Shown here: positions 18,108 through 28,300 of the stretch, in pieces
Layout of the letters: the number at the start of each line of letters is the position of its first letter
How positions within the stretch are numbered: the stretch's first letter is position 1
Virus record (IMG/VR): IMGVR_UViG_3300045993_000425
Span: 1-64,000 of that record
Strand: one strand, 5' to 3'
Source: a virus
Length of the DNA stretch: 64,000 nucleotides
The notes under the pieces: model-generated
Seen by the model: the letters and a program-made list of their open reading frames with translations, nothing else
What the model was told of the DNA's origin: nothing
Database searches by the model: none
Translations under genes and position numbers: made by a program

Positions 18108-19148
18108 TTGGCCTACTCGTCCGTCGACCCTGCCGCTCTCCATGAACTGGTAGAGCGGCACGGGTTCCAGAAGCAGAATAAGCGCAGCTGGTTGCTCGAG
18201 TGTCCTCGGTGCAGCCAGCTTAAGCTTTATGTAGAGAAGTCGACAGGGCGCTCTCGCTGCATGAAGTGCGGCCAGGACTTCTCTGGCAGGGCCGACAAGA
18301 TCTTGGCAGAGGTCTACGGTCTACCTCGCCAGGAGCTAGCCTCCATCCTGTACGATGGAGTCTCGGCTGGCTCCGACATCTCTGACAAGCTAGACTTTGC
18401 TGACCACTGGGACGAATACGAGACAGACGAGATCATCTCCGACATCATCGAGATCCCTCCTGCGATCGATTGGGGTCCAGATGCCCTTGAGCTAGACCAT
18501 AAAGCCGCGCGTGCCGGTCGTGAGTACCTAGCTAAAAGAGGCATCAGTGTCACTCTGGCCTCTGAGTACGGAATCCGGTATGACCCAAGCATCAGGAGGG
18601 TTCTATTTCCCGTCGTCGTTGAGGGACAGGTTCGGGGCTGGCAGGCTAGATCCATCGACCCGACTGAAGTCTTGGTTGGCGAGCGCATCGTCCGCATACC
18701 CAAGATCATCACGACCGGCCAAGTAGGTGGCAAGGCCGTCATGCATCAGGACCGCCTGGTGGGGGCTCGCAAGGCTATCATCGTGGAGGGACCTGTCGAT
18801 GCCATCAAGTGCGACCTGCTCTGGAGGCGAGATGGGGTGGCCGTCACGGCTACGATGGGCAAGAGCATCACCAGTGACCAGATCGATATCTACCGCAGGA
18901 GCAGCGTCAAAGACCTATACCTGGGTCTAGATGATGATGCAGCAGACAAGATCTCCCAGCTCGCCTCCCAGCTCGCTGACCGCTTCACTATTTATCGCCT
19001 TGAGGCCCCTGCCGGTCGGGAAGACCTCGGTGACGCAGAACTGGAGGAAGTTTGGCTTCAGTATCAGGCCACCTCCCCCCTCAGAGTAGGAAGCCCGATC
19101 CTGAGCCGATTCGCTGATCCTTTCGACTACGAACGACAGATCATCTAG
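18108..19148 (+). CDS. DNA primase (Zn finger + TOPRIM)
   Basis: CPRC..CMKC, YLAKRGI, RVLFPV, GWQAR, IIVEGPVD, LGLDDD. Confidence 0.9.
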   Translation: MAYSSVDPAALHELVERHGFQKQNKRSWLLECPRCSQLKLYVEKSTGRSRCMKCGQDFSGRADKILAEVYGLPRQELASILYDGVSAGSDISDKLDFADHWDEYETDEIISDIIEIPPAIDWGPDALELDHKAARAGREYLAKRGISVTLASEYGIRYDPSIRRVLFPVVVEGQVRGWQARSIDPTEVLVGERIVRIPKIITTGQVGGKAVMHQDRLVGARKAIIVEGPVDAIKCDLLWRRDGVAVTATMGKSITSDQIDIYRRSSVKDLYLGLDDDAADKISQLASQLADRFTIYRLEAPAGREDLGDAELEEVWLQYQATSPLRVGSPILSRFADPFDYERQII

Positions 19149-20161
19149 CGCCGCTTGCCTCGAAAGGACAGCCGCTTCTTCTCTTGGGCTGCGGCTTCAG
19201 TCCATGCCTCATCGGCGCACCGGCACGTCTCGCACTTCTGGCAGTGCTCCTTCATCCTGCGCTTGGCCTCATCTTGCGCCTCCTTCGGATGAGAGGTTCC
19301 GTTGATGACACCAGACATCACCTCAACCCATTGATGGTGGGTCATAGAGGACAGAAGCCCCTCCTGCTTCTCGATCTGCTCCACCCTTCTGGAGTTCCTG
19401 TTCTTCTCCTGCGCCACAGCCTCTGCATCGGCAAGCTGGACAGGTGCATGGGCAGGAGGTGTGTAGTTCGGCTCCACCCAGCTATTGCCAGAGGAGATCT
19501 CGGCCCCGCAGACGGGCTTCCCGATGGTTGCGGACAACTCAATACCCTGAGACTCAAAGGAGATATTCCGCAGATATCTTCTAGTGACCGATGCCCAGCG
19601 GGCGAACTCTTGCCTCAAGAAAAGGGTCAGGTTTCCTCCTGACTTGTGGGCGTCCTCGAGGTCGCGATGCCGATTCAGATAGATGGTCAAGTAGACCAGA
19701 GCGATGGACTTCATGTCTCCCTCATCGGAGGAGATCTCGTCCAGGATGTGCCGGTAGCGGTAAGCTGCTCGCCTAGCCTCCCTATTGATGATGGCCATCT
19801 GCTTCTGGATGAGCCAAGCAGGAGGATTGGGAGTCCTCTCAAAAGGAGTGAGCCGCATCGAGGTGGCCTCGTAGTCAGCCACCCTCGCTCGCACAGTGCC
19901 GGTTCCATTGCGGAAACCGTTGGGGCGACCAAACCCCAGCTTCTCGGTCAGCTTCCACATCTCAGAGATAACCTGCTCCACATCCTTGGAGTTAAGCTTC
20001 TTCTCATCCAGCCTGAGGCATCCATCCCTTCCCTTGCCTCCGACCTGAACGAGCTTGTCTTCCACTACTAGAGAGTTAGGAGTGGGTCCGACCTGAACCC
20101 TTAGGCCCCAGCTTTCAGCCCAGCTGTAGGCTACAGTAGTCGCCTTGTAGTCCTGTTCCAC
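19145..20161 (-). CDS. Putative divergent phage sigma factor (domain-2-like) with C-terminal HxxxCxxC
   Basis: LIQKQMAIINREARRAAYRY...DEGDMKSIALVYL...LTLFLRQEFARW resembles sigma regions 2.1-2.4; GTG start after AAAGGAGG. Confidence 0.5.
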   Translation of the reverse strand: MEQDYKATTVAYSWAESWGLRVQVGPTPNSLVVEDKLVQVGGKGRDGCLRLDEKKLNSKDVEQVISEMWKLTEKLGFGRPNGFRNGTGTVRARVADYEATSMRLTPFERTPNPPAWLIQKQMAIINREARRAAYRYRHILDEISSDEGDMKSIALVYLTIYLNRHRDLEDAHKSGGNLTLFLRQEFARWASVTRRYLRNISFESQGIELSATIGKPVCGAEISSGNSWVEPNYTPPAHAPVQLADAEAVAQEKNRNSRRVEQIEKQEGLLSSMTHHQWVEVMSGVINGTSHPKEAQDEAKRRMKEHCQKCETCRCADEAWTEAAAQEKKRLSFRGKRR

Positions 20162-20219
20162 TCGCCCTCCTTTGGTACTGGTTGTCCCGCTCATCACTTT
20201 TCCATCTGCTGACTCACCA

Positions 20220-20248
20220 ATACTAGCTACTCCCTGCTCACCTGTCCA
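20220..20248 (-). promoter_or_regulatory. Sigma70-type promoter TGGACA-N17-TAGTAT driving the sigma-like gene
   Basis: Reverse strand reads TGGACA ggtgagcagggagtagc TAGTAT. Confidence 0.75.
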
Positions 20249-20341
20249 GCGAAAACTATCAGACCAAGCTTAAAATCCTTCCACTCTCGCCGGTCGTTCA
20301 GGTTGCGTTAGAGATCGATCGCACCTCTAGCCAGGAGCCGT

Positions 20342-21829
20342 ATGACAGAGCCACTCTCCGAGAAGATCTCCCTACCGTTCGTGAAAAAGAAGCAGTCGGC
20401 GGCCCTTGGTCACATGCTGCGAGACGACCTTTTCTTCAATCAATGCCGCATCATCGTGCAGCCTGACTGGTTCGGAGATCCTCGGACATCTAAGGTCTGG
20501 CGAGCCGCCATCCAGTTCCATTCCGAACTGGGTCGAAAGCCGACGAAGGTCGAACTCAAGGCCTATCGCGAACTTATCAGGATGGAGACAACTGAAAAGC
20601 ACGAACTCCAGAACTGGGTAGACACCGTCTGGCTCCAGGCGGATGAAATCGGGCTTGACATCATCCGACCAGACCTGACGACTTGGTATCATAGTCGCCT
20701 CTACAAGGAAGGGTATGAAAAGTCTAAGCATAAGTACGACAACGAGCAGTTCCAAGAAGCCTTCGCGATTATGCGCGAGTCGGTTCAGGCGATCGGGAGG
20801 AGCAGCTTTGAGTCAGATGAGGCCGTCACATTCGATGAGGGCAAGTTCCTTTCTCAGGCAGCCCAAAGCTACCAGACAGGGCTGACAACCGGCTTTGACC
20901 TCCTCGACGCCTCAATGAGCCACGACGGGACTCCTCTGGGGCCTCTCTACAAGGGTGATACAACTGTCCTTTTGGCCCCCAGCAACATCGGCAAGACCTC
21001 GACCATGATCACGATCTCGGTCGCCAACATTCTGAAGAAAAAGCACGTTTTGTTCATGACGCACGAGGGTCGGTGTGATGACATCAGGGAGAAGATGCTC
21101 TGCTCTGCTCTGAACGTGGACAAATCCACCCTCTTCAGGATGTACGACGACCTAGACAAAGGTCGTACCCTAATCCAGACAATGTCCAAGTTCCTCGACC
21201 GCTACCTGACCTATATCCCTTACAACAGGGGCGGAATGCAGGTGGAAGAGGTCATCAACGTCATCAAGACGAGGAATGAACAGCTAAAGACTCGGTATGG
21301 ACATGGATTCGACCTAATCGTGGATGACTACCCCGCCAAGCTCTCCACAGAGAGGGCGAAGGGAGGGGCCCTAGCCAAGCGTAATCTGGATGCTATCATC
21401 TATGATTATTTCGTCCAGACTGCCCTTGAACTCAATACCCACTGCCTGGTCGCCATTCAGACCAACCGGCAGGGCAGTCGCGACCACAAAGAAGGCGAAC
21501 GTCTCCTCACGATGGAAGATGTCTCAGAATCCTGGGATGTTATGACGATTGCCACGAACGTCATCACCTTGAACCGTGACGCTCAGGCTAGAGCCAATCG
21601 CCGGATGACCTTCTATGTCGCCAAGTCCAGGTCGAACGATACTGGACGAGCCGTCGTCGCCCGCACCAACTTCCCTGCCTGTCGCACTCATGGCACCAAG
21701 CTGGGTGGCACATGGTATCGAGGCGAGGACACCCTATCAAACCAGATCGACTCCTTCCTTCAGGCACGGGAAGGGCAAGAGATCACTGCAGAAGACATCC
21801 GCAAGGCCTCCACCGAATCTGAGGACTAA
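20342..21829 (+). CDS. Replicative DnaB/gp41-like helicase
   Basis: TTGFDLLD, Walker A APSNIGKT, THE, IVDDY, IQTNR, DVSES, AKSR. Confidence 0.92.
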   Translation: MTEPLSEKISLPFVKKKQSAALGHMLRDDLFFNQCRIIVQPDWFGDPRTSKVWRAAIQFHSELGRKPTKVELKAYRELIRMETTEKHELQNWVDTVWLQADEIGLDIIRPDLTTWYHSRLYKEGYEKSKHKYDNEQFQEAFAIMRESVQAIGRSSFESDEAVTFDEGKFLSQAAQSYQTGLTTGFDLLDASMSHDGTPLGPLYKGDTTVLLAPSNIGKTSTMITISVANILKKKHVLFMTHEGRCDDIREKMLCSALNVDKSTLFRMYDDLDKGRTLIQTMSKFLDRYLTYIPYNRGGMQVEEVINVIKTRNEQLKTRYGHGFDLIVDDYPAKLSTERAKGGALAKRNLDAIIYDYFVQTALELNTHCLVAIQTNRQGSRDHKEGERLLTMEDVSESWDVMTIATNVITLNRDAQARANRRMTFYVAKSRSNDTGRAVVARTNFPACRTHGTKLGGTWYRGEDTLSNQIDSFLQAREGQEITAEDIRKASTESED

Positions 21830-21835
21830 AACATC

Positions 21836-22375
21836 ATGGCAAAGCGACCACGAGAAAAAAGCGAACCCACTACTCTGGTCGTCCCCATCTTCGGTGAGGT
21901 GACGACAGAGCACGTCCAATCGATACACCAGGCGGTCCTCGAGGCCCAGAAGGGAGATTCCCAGCTCAGGGTGTCTATCTGCTCCGTAGGGGGCTCAGTA
22001 GCTGCTGGCGTAGGCATCTATGACCTCCTGCGCTCCTGCGGGAGTCCTGTCAGGACTGAGGTCTGGGGCGAGTGCCTATCTATTGCAGTCCTCATCCTGA
22101 TGGCTGGTGACGTTCGAGCAGCGAGCCGCAACTCCCAGCTCATGCTGCATGATTCTGCTGCGGAGGTCAGCGGCTCCTGCGACACCAATGACGTGAAAAC
22201 CCTGTACCACCGCTTGAAGTCGATTGACCAAGAGTACGACGCCTTGGTTTCCAAGCGGAGCAAGACCCCCATCGAGCAGGTACGCAAGTGGTCGGAGGCT
22301 GAAACCTACTTCTCGGCCTCAGAGGCTCTCAAGTATGGCTTGATCGATGAGATCATCGACGAGTCGGCTCGATGA
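21836..22375 (+). CDS. clpP: ClpP-family protease
   Basis: ICSVGGSVAAGVGIYD, GECLSIA (catalytic Ser), LMLH, ETYFSASEALKYGLIDEI. Confidence 0.9.
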   Translation: MAKRPREKSEPTTLVVPIFGEVTTEHVQSIHQAVLEAQKGDSQLRVSICSVGGSVAAGVGIYDLLRSCGSPVRTEVWGECLSIAVLILMAGDVRAASRNSQLMLHDSAAEVSGSCDTNDVKTLYHRLKSIDQEYDALVSKRSKTPIEQVRKWSEAETYFSASEALKYGLIDEIIDESAR

Positions 22376-22641
22376 AACGAACCATCATCGAGGCTCCACT
22401 AGGACAGGACAGATTCAGAAGCGTCGTTCGTCTAGAGGGTGATGCCTGTGAACCGGACGGTTCCTCTGGTTTCCTTGGGTTGGGAACGTTCCTTCTGACA
22501 CTCATTGAATCGCCAGGAGTAATTCGCCACGCGACAGATTGCCCTGAAGAAATCTCCATCAAGCACAATGGAACAGGCTGGGTTTTGGAGTCGATCAGCT
22601 ACACCGCAAGGAGCCAGAATGAGAATCGTCCAGCATCGTAA
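22372..22641 (+). CDS. Hypothetical protein
   Basis: ATGA overlap with clpP. Confidence 0.6.
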   Translation: MKRTIIEAPLGQDRFRSVVRLEGDACEPDGSSGFLGLGTFLLTLIESPGVIRHATDCPEEISIKHNGTGWVLESISYTARSQNENRPAS

Positions 22642-22915
22642 GTCCCGAAGCGAAAAGGGCAGCAAGAGAGAACTAGCCGAACTTCGCCGCCAGAACAGGC
22701 AATTGCTGGAGAGAAGTAAGAGGCTAGCCGAGCAAGTAGAGGAGAAGCCCAAGAGCAAAAAGCCCACTCCTCGGACACTCAAGATCGCTGACGAACCAAA
22801 ACCTCTCCCAGCCTGCCCTTGCGGAAGCAATGATGTACGCAGCCTGGTCCTGGGCAACCACGGCACCTGGAAGGTCTGTGCTGACTGCAAAGCTAGGTCT
22901 AAGCAGGCAGCGTAG
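22619..22915 (+). CDS. Hypothetical zinc-ribbon protein
   Basis: Coiled coil followed by CPC...CADC. Confidence 0.65.
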   Translation: MRIVQHRKSRSEKGSKRELAELRRQNRQLLERSKRLAEQVEEKPKSKKPTPRTLKIADEPKPLPACPCGSNDVRSLVLGNHGTWKVCADCKARSKQAA

Positions 22916-22950
22916 CAGGGTTCTGCTAGATGGTGGCAGGAGGAAGTACT

Positions 22951-23193
22951 GTGAAAGAACCCAACCGTAACAAGACAGCCAAGAAGAACCGTCAGACCTC
23001 TGCCTCCACCCGCAAGGAGGAGTACGACAAGCTGACACCAGCTCAGAAGGTCGCCAAGCTCATCCCTGGCGGCTCGAGCAAGCAGCGAGCTCGCCTCGCC
23101 AAGATCGACCCGAATTGGGCCGAGGCTCTCAAGAGCGAGACGGAGGTCGAAGCGGCCCCCAAGGCGAAAAAGAAGAAGCCCTCGGCAAAGTAG
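22951..23193 (+). CDS. Hypothetical basic protein
   Basis: RBS AGGAGG before GTG; Lys-rich. Confidence 0.7.
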   Translation: MKEPNRNKTAKKNRQTSASTRKEEYDKLTPAQKVAKLIPGGSSKQRARLAKIDPNWAEALKSETEVEAAPKAKKKKPSAK

Positions 23194-23202
23194 GGGATTC
23201 CC

Positions 23203-24054
23203 ATGCTCGTCCTGGCCGACTGGTCGAATATTGCCAACATCTGCTGGCACCCAGCAGCTAGTGCCTTTCAGGAAGGCCAGGACGAGTTGGATGTGCATCT
23301 CAAGGACTGCCTAGTTTGTAGGGAGCCCGGCTCCACCTGTCGGAACAAGCCAGACCCGATCCCGGTGGAGCAGCTGTACTTCGACAACCTTGGGCTCAAG
23401 CTGGGTGGTCTTGCCAATGTTCTTGGTCTGGGAGCAAACCTTTGGACGTTCTGCCTGGACGGGGTCGCTGAAGAGAAGTTCAAGGCCTACCCAGCCTATA
23501 AGGGCAACAGGGACAAGGGTAGGTTCGACCCCAGACCACTTGGTGAGAGCATCCTGAGAGAGAAGTTGGCTCCCAAGGCTCGCTGGGTCAGAAGCCCCAA
23601 GCATGAAGCCGACGACACCATCGCCACTCTGGCTACTGAAGCTTCTGAGGCTGCACAGGCTTTCGTTGTCCTGTCGAGCGACAAGGACCTCTGGGTACTT
23701 TTGTCCCTACCAGGCTGTCGAGTCTACAGCCCCTCTCACAGGTCTTGGGTGGATTCGGACATGATTGCCAAGGCATTCGATGGGCTCAAGGACCCAAGGT
23801 CGATCACCCTCCACAAGACTCTCTGGGGTGACGCAGGGGACAACATCCCAAATGCCTGCCCCAGGATGCAACGTCAGATGCTTCCCATCATCAAGGCGAG
23901 CGACGGAACCCTGACAGATATGCTTGGAAAGACAGACGTGTTTGACCTATCAGCTAGGTGCATCGAGCTGCTGAATCAGAACATGAGGCAATTGGTCATC
24001 AACTGGCGGCTGGTCAATCTCAAAACCGATGTACCTCTGGAGTGGAACCCATGA
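23203..24054 (+). CDS. 5'-3' exonuclease / flap endonuclease (T4 RNase H-like)
   Basis: YKGNR, EADDTIATLA, SSDKDL, LWGDAGDNIP. Confidence 0.92.
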   Translation: MLVLADWSNIANICWHPAASAFQEGQDELDVHLKDCLVCREPGSTCRNKPDPIPVEQLYFDNLGLKLGGLANVLGLGANLWTFCLDGVAEEKFKAYPAYKGNRDKGRFDPRPLGESILREKLAPKARWVRSPKHEADDTIATLATEASEAAQAFVVLSSDKDLWVLLSLPGCRVYSPSHRSWVDSDMIAKAFDGLKDPRSITLHKTLWGDAGDNIPNACPRMQRQMLPIIKASDGTLTDMLGKTDVFDLSARCIELLNQNMRQLVINWRLVNLKTDVPLEWNP

Positions 24055-24827
24055 TTGTGGCAGTCTCGGCACACGCAGGTGACGGCAAGGATACGATGGC
24101 AGATCGCCTAGTCCAGGCGCATGGCTTCACCAAACTGGCCCTGGCCGACGAGATGAAGAGGTTCTGCCGGGAGGTCTTTGACTTCACTCCCAGCCAGCTA
24201 TGGGGCTCCTCAGACAACCGGAATGCCATCGATGACAGGTATGGTGACGATGTCCGATGGGGAGTCGCCCTCTTCCGCATCGTGACAAATAGTCCCTTCT
24301 TCTGTCGGGCTCTTTTTGCTGATGACCGCTTTGAGGAGGCGAGGTGGAAGCTGGTTAAGTGGATTCATGACCTGCACGATGCCTATGGTCCACTCAACGG
24401 AACCTCGAGGCTGTCCCCCAGAATCGTCCTGCAACTACTCGGGACTGAGTTCGGTCGCGGTATCGACCCCCAGGTCTGGATTCGGCGTGCCGTAGACGAC
24501 GCTCTGATGATTCACTCAGGGGAGGTGTCCTACACCTCAACAAAAGGGCGATTTCCGAATGAGACAGCAGACCTTGGTCCTGGGCTTGTCGTCATCTCTG
24601 ATGTCCGCTTCCTGAATGAAGTACGGGAGATCAGGAAGGCTGGCGGTATCGTAGTAAGGCTGAATCGCCCCTCCAACCCTAAGCGAGTTGGGGTTGCTGG
24701 ACATCAGTCTGAAGTCGCACTGGATAACTGTTCGCCTAGCGAGTTCGATATCAACCTCTTGGTTGCAGAGGGACTCGACAAGTTCTATGAGCAGATCGAC
24801 CAGCTTGTGGCTTCCTGGTCTACTTGA
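24051..24827 (+). CDS. Deoxynucleoside monophosphate kinase
   Basis: AGDGKDT, LADEMK, PRIVLQLLGTEFGR, ISDVRFLNE, HQSE. Confidence 0.92.
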   Translation: MIVAVSAHAGDGKDTMADRLVQAHGFTKLALADEMKRFCREVFDFTPSQLWGSSDNRNAIDDRYGDDVRWGVALFRIVTNSPFFCRALFADDRFEEARWKLVKWIHDLHDAYGPLNGTSRLSPRIVLQLLGTEFGRGIDPQVWIRRAVDDALMIHSGEVSYTSTKGRFPNETADLGPGLVVISDVRFLNEVREIRKAGGIVVRLNRPSNPKRVGVAGHQSEVALDNCSPSEFDINLLVAEGLDKFYEQIDQLVASWST

Positions 24828-25353
24828 CAGGCCAACCTGCCCTCTTGAGCCATCCAGCCAAGAACTTCCTCATGTCTGGCTTGTGCTCCACTAGGCGGAT
24901 GTAGAAGCCAGCCTGAGTGTCGCAGATGGCCTTTAGAGCGACGTTTGGGTCAACCTGACCCAGAGCCTCAAAGCTCTTCGGACCCATCGCTCCGTCAGCC
25001 TGGACGGCCTTCCCGAGGCTCTGTAGAGCTCGCTGGACATTCAGGTGGCTCTGGTGCGGTCCCATGTTGACCGTCATGTCGAAGATCTTGCCAGCCAGAC
25101 GTTGGTCTTGGATCTGCTCATAGCCGTACCGGTCCCAGAAGTACTTGCGGTAGATTTCAGCTGCCTGGTCATGGGTAAGTTGGCGGATGTCGTCGGCGGT
25201 AGGCTTGCCGTCACCATCCAGGTCGATGCCCTCTTGCTGGAGGAATCGCAGGCTGATGCCCATGTTGGTGATGCCACCTGGGTCGTTCTTTACATCGCAG
25301 AGCCCACCCTCATGGTGGAGCAGGTCGGGGAGTGCTAGGTCGAAGGATGCCAT
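24820..25353 (-). CDS. Endolysin, glycoside hydrolase family 108 with peptidoglycan-binding domain
   Basis: HEGG..NDPGGITNMGIS, IFDMTVNMG, ADGAMGPKS, KFLAGWLKR. Confidence 0.92.
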   Translation of the reverse strand: MASFDLALPDLLHHEGGLCDVKNDPGGITNMGISLRFLQQEGIDLDGDGKPTADDIRQLTHDQAAEIYRKYFWDRYGYEQIQDQRLAGKIFDMTVNMGPHQSHLNVQRALQSLGKAVQADGAMGPKSFEALGQVDPNVALKAICDTQAGFYIRLVEHKPDMRKFLAGWLKRAGWPVK

Positions 25354-25397
25354 ATGGACTCCGAGAGTGACTTAGATACAAACTCAGCAGCGGCTGG

Positions 25398-28300
25398 TTA
25401 CACTGGATAAGAAAAGTTCAGATAATAGGTTGCGTTCCCTAGTGCCCCCTTAAGAATGGTGAAATTGCTACCGCTCAGAAGACAGGGCGCCATACCGGAC
25501 GTGTTATCAGACGCAACAACGACACCAACGAATGTGGCTCTTGGCACAGGAAGACATGTCGTGATAACATCGTTATCGGCAAACAGAACTGTTCCTTTGA
25601 TCGCTCCAGTGACATAAGCGATCCCACCTTTGACCATATATTCACACGTTCCAAACACAGTGGCGTGGGCGCCCATGCTAGTCAGACCTGTCCAGCCTAT
25701 GTCACCTGGCTGACTGAACACTGCCCCGGTAGCAATTGTCAGCGTATTACCGCTCGGAACCGTTACGTTGTTGGTGGTGACGGCTGACGTGATCGTACTG
25801 GTTCCGCTGTTCCACGGGACGTTTTCGCTCGCCTGCCCTGTTACGTTGCCAATGAATCCATCGACTGAGGTTGTAGATCCGTTGACCGTTAGATTCCTAA
25901 CCTGTCCAACAACATAGGCACCGATCGTCAAGTTGCCGGTCAGCGTTCCGCCAGCCAGCCTCAGGTCGTCTGACGCATGACCGGTTAGTGTGCCATCGAT
26001 TGTCAGCGTCTTACCGGTCGGAACCGTTACGTTATCGGTCGTCAGTGCGCCGATCAATCCGCCGACAACCGTCAGCCCGTTGTGAGCCGTCAGCAAACCG
26101 GTATTGTCAATCGTAACGTGGTCGGATGAGGACGACGACACCGAACCGGCATGAAATGCCAGATACCCTCTTGCCCCATCGGCCGCTGCCCTGCCACCAG
26201 TGATTCGACCAAACTCATGCTGCGCCTGTGTGGGTCCAGCGGAGTTAGGCCTGAACGTCAATGACACACGATTTGGAGTCGCAACTGCCATGTTGTCGAA
26301 CCCGGTCATTAGCGTCAGAGCTGTCCGATCATCCATGCCTCCAGCCCCGTTGCTGATCGAAACACTTCCGATCGCGTCGGCAGTAAGAGTACTAAGCCCG
26401 TCTCCAACTCCAAGGATAGTGAGCTTGTCTGTTTGGCCGCTCAGACGAGGACCGCTGCTACCGAGCAGGATGCCGCCCTTTGTAGTATCGGCCGCTCCTT
26501 GTACACCAAAATGGTTTGCGACCCCGATGTCATACAGAACTGCGTCATTTCCAATGCTCAGAACCGGTCCACTCGCTCCAGTAGGGGTGGCCCTTAGCAG
26601 CCCAGATACATCAAGCCCACCCAGCACCTGCACGCCGCCAGCGTTCAGGATTCGGACTCGTTCTGTCGGGCCTCCGTATGTGCTCCCTGCTGTCCCAGAT
26701 AACCCAGTAGCAAAGACGATATCTCCTGACGCAGTATCCTGGGCGATGTGCCCCGTGTAATCGGCTGAGACGCGAGTGTAATTCACACCAGCCGTGCCAC
26801 CGTTGAAGTATGTATTGAAGCCGAGGCCAGCCCAGTTAGCGCGAATGATAACTGGATGGACTCCCCCGAACTGAGCTACTGCGTCACCAAGTGCCGTTGC
26901 GAACTGCGTCGGCGGACCAGTGGCAGACCCAAACCTAACGAGTTCAGTGCCATCTGATTTCGCGAATCCAAACACTCCAGTTGTGGGACCTGACTGCTTC
27001 GCTCGGAAGTTCATACCCCAGCTACTGTCCGAGTAGACACTACCCGAGGCGATGGTTCCTCCCCCTCCAACGATGAATTGCCGTGCGGTGGCATCCTGGG
27101 TCACACTCAGAGAACCAGCTACGGTGGTCGTCGCACCTGACTTGCTGATTGACACTCCAGTGTCGTTTGCCCCGTCTCCAATTGTGAGAGCCCCTGTGTA
27201 CCCTGCCCCGTTCGTCATTCCGGTAGCTAGCACCTGACGAGCGAGGTTGGTCATCGGAACTAGTGCATCGACATTGCTGATATTCGCATCAGATGTCCCT
27301 AGCTTAACTGTACCGTATGAGCTAGTAGTAGCGTTCGCCACGCTGGTCGAGTTGCTTCCACTTACCGGAGCGGTCTGTCCATCGACATAGACATCGCTTC
27401 CGACTCGCCAGGCAAAAACACGAATCGCTCCAGGCACGCCGGTCCTCGGGAGAGCCGAGATCTGGCACTTGACCGGAGTCAAGCTACCCTGCGTCACTCT
27501 GCGGTCTAGCTCTACATACAAGCACTCACCGTCTGCGAGGTCGGTCGTTCCAGGCAGAGCTGTCAGGTGGTTAGTCACATAATTACTGACAACTCCGGTT
27601 CCATCTGACGGGAAGATGTAGCGGACGCCTCCCCAGTATAGATTTCCCGTAGCCGAATCCCAGAACCAGTTGGTAGTTCCGGTGTACTTAGCCGAAGGGT
27701 CGAGGGAGAGCTTGATGTCCTGCTGCCCTCCTGGGGAGTACCAATAGGCCCCGCTGCTGCTCTCCCAGAGACGAGTCATGACCAGACCCATCCAATCACG
27801 CAGGCTTGTGATGCCCTTGTCGCCACCTACGAACGGGTCCACTAGGTTGGTCGTAGATGTCACTGCTGGCTCTACTCGGGTCGCCAACTGGGTGAAGGGC
27901 TGTAGAGCCGAGGGACTAGATCCACCAAGGGCGAGCCGGAAGGCCATCGGACGACAGTCGGTCACCGAGGTCACGTTCATCGCTGCGGAGACGAACACCG
28001 AGGCGATAGGCAGAACGGTTGGCTGGCTGCTGAAGCTGGTACTCGAGACGACGATCTTCAGCCCTAGCGTCCTCCCTAGAGGCATCCGCTGCTGGAACTC
28101 TCGTCCTGTTGTGTCTGATAAAAGGACTACCGTATCGGCCGTGGTGGGGTCCGCTGACCTCACCAAGTCAATGCCGATGTAGTTGGTTCCAGGGATGAAA
28201 CTGCCACTTACGTTGGCGTTTGAGGGGTTTAGCTGCTGGGCACTGGCATAACCAGGCATCTGAAAGAGGCTACCGGGCTCTGTAGCCGTTGCATGAATAA

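Noticed and set aside
18100-18115. In-frame TAG junctions (recA/primase here; also 51705/51706) suggesting amber recoding
   Set aside because: Conserved genes are full-length under the standard code and TAG falls at expected protein ends
25735-26039. DGR template/variable repeat pair in the fibre gene
   Set aside because: Only 41 bp, mismatches not adenine-specific, both copies coding, no reverse transcriptase in the window
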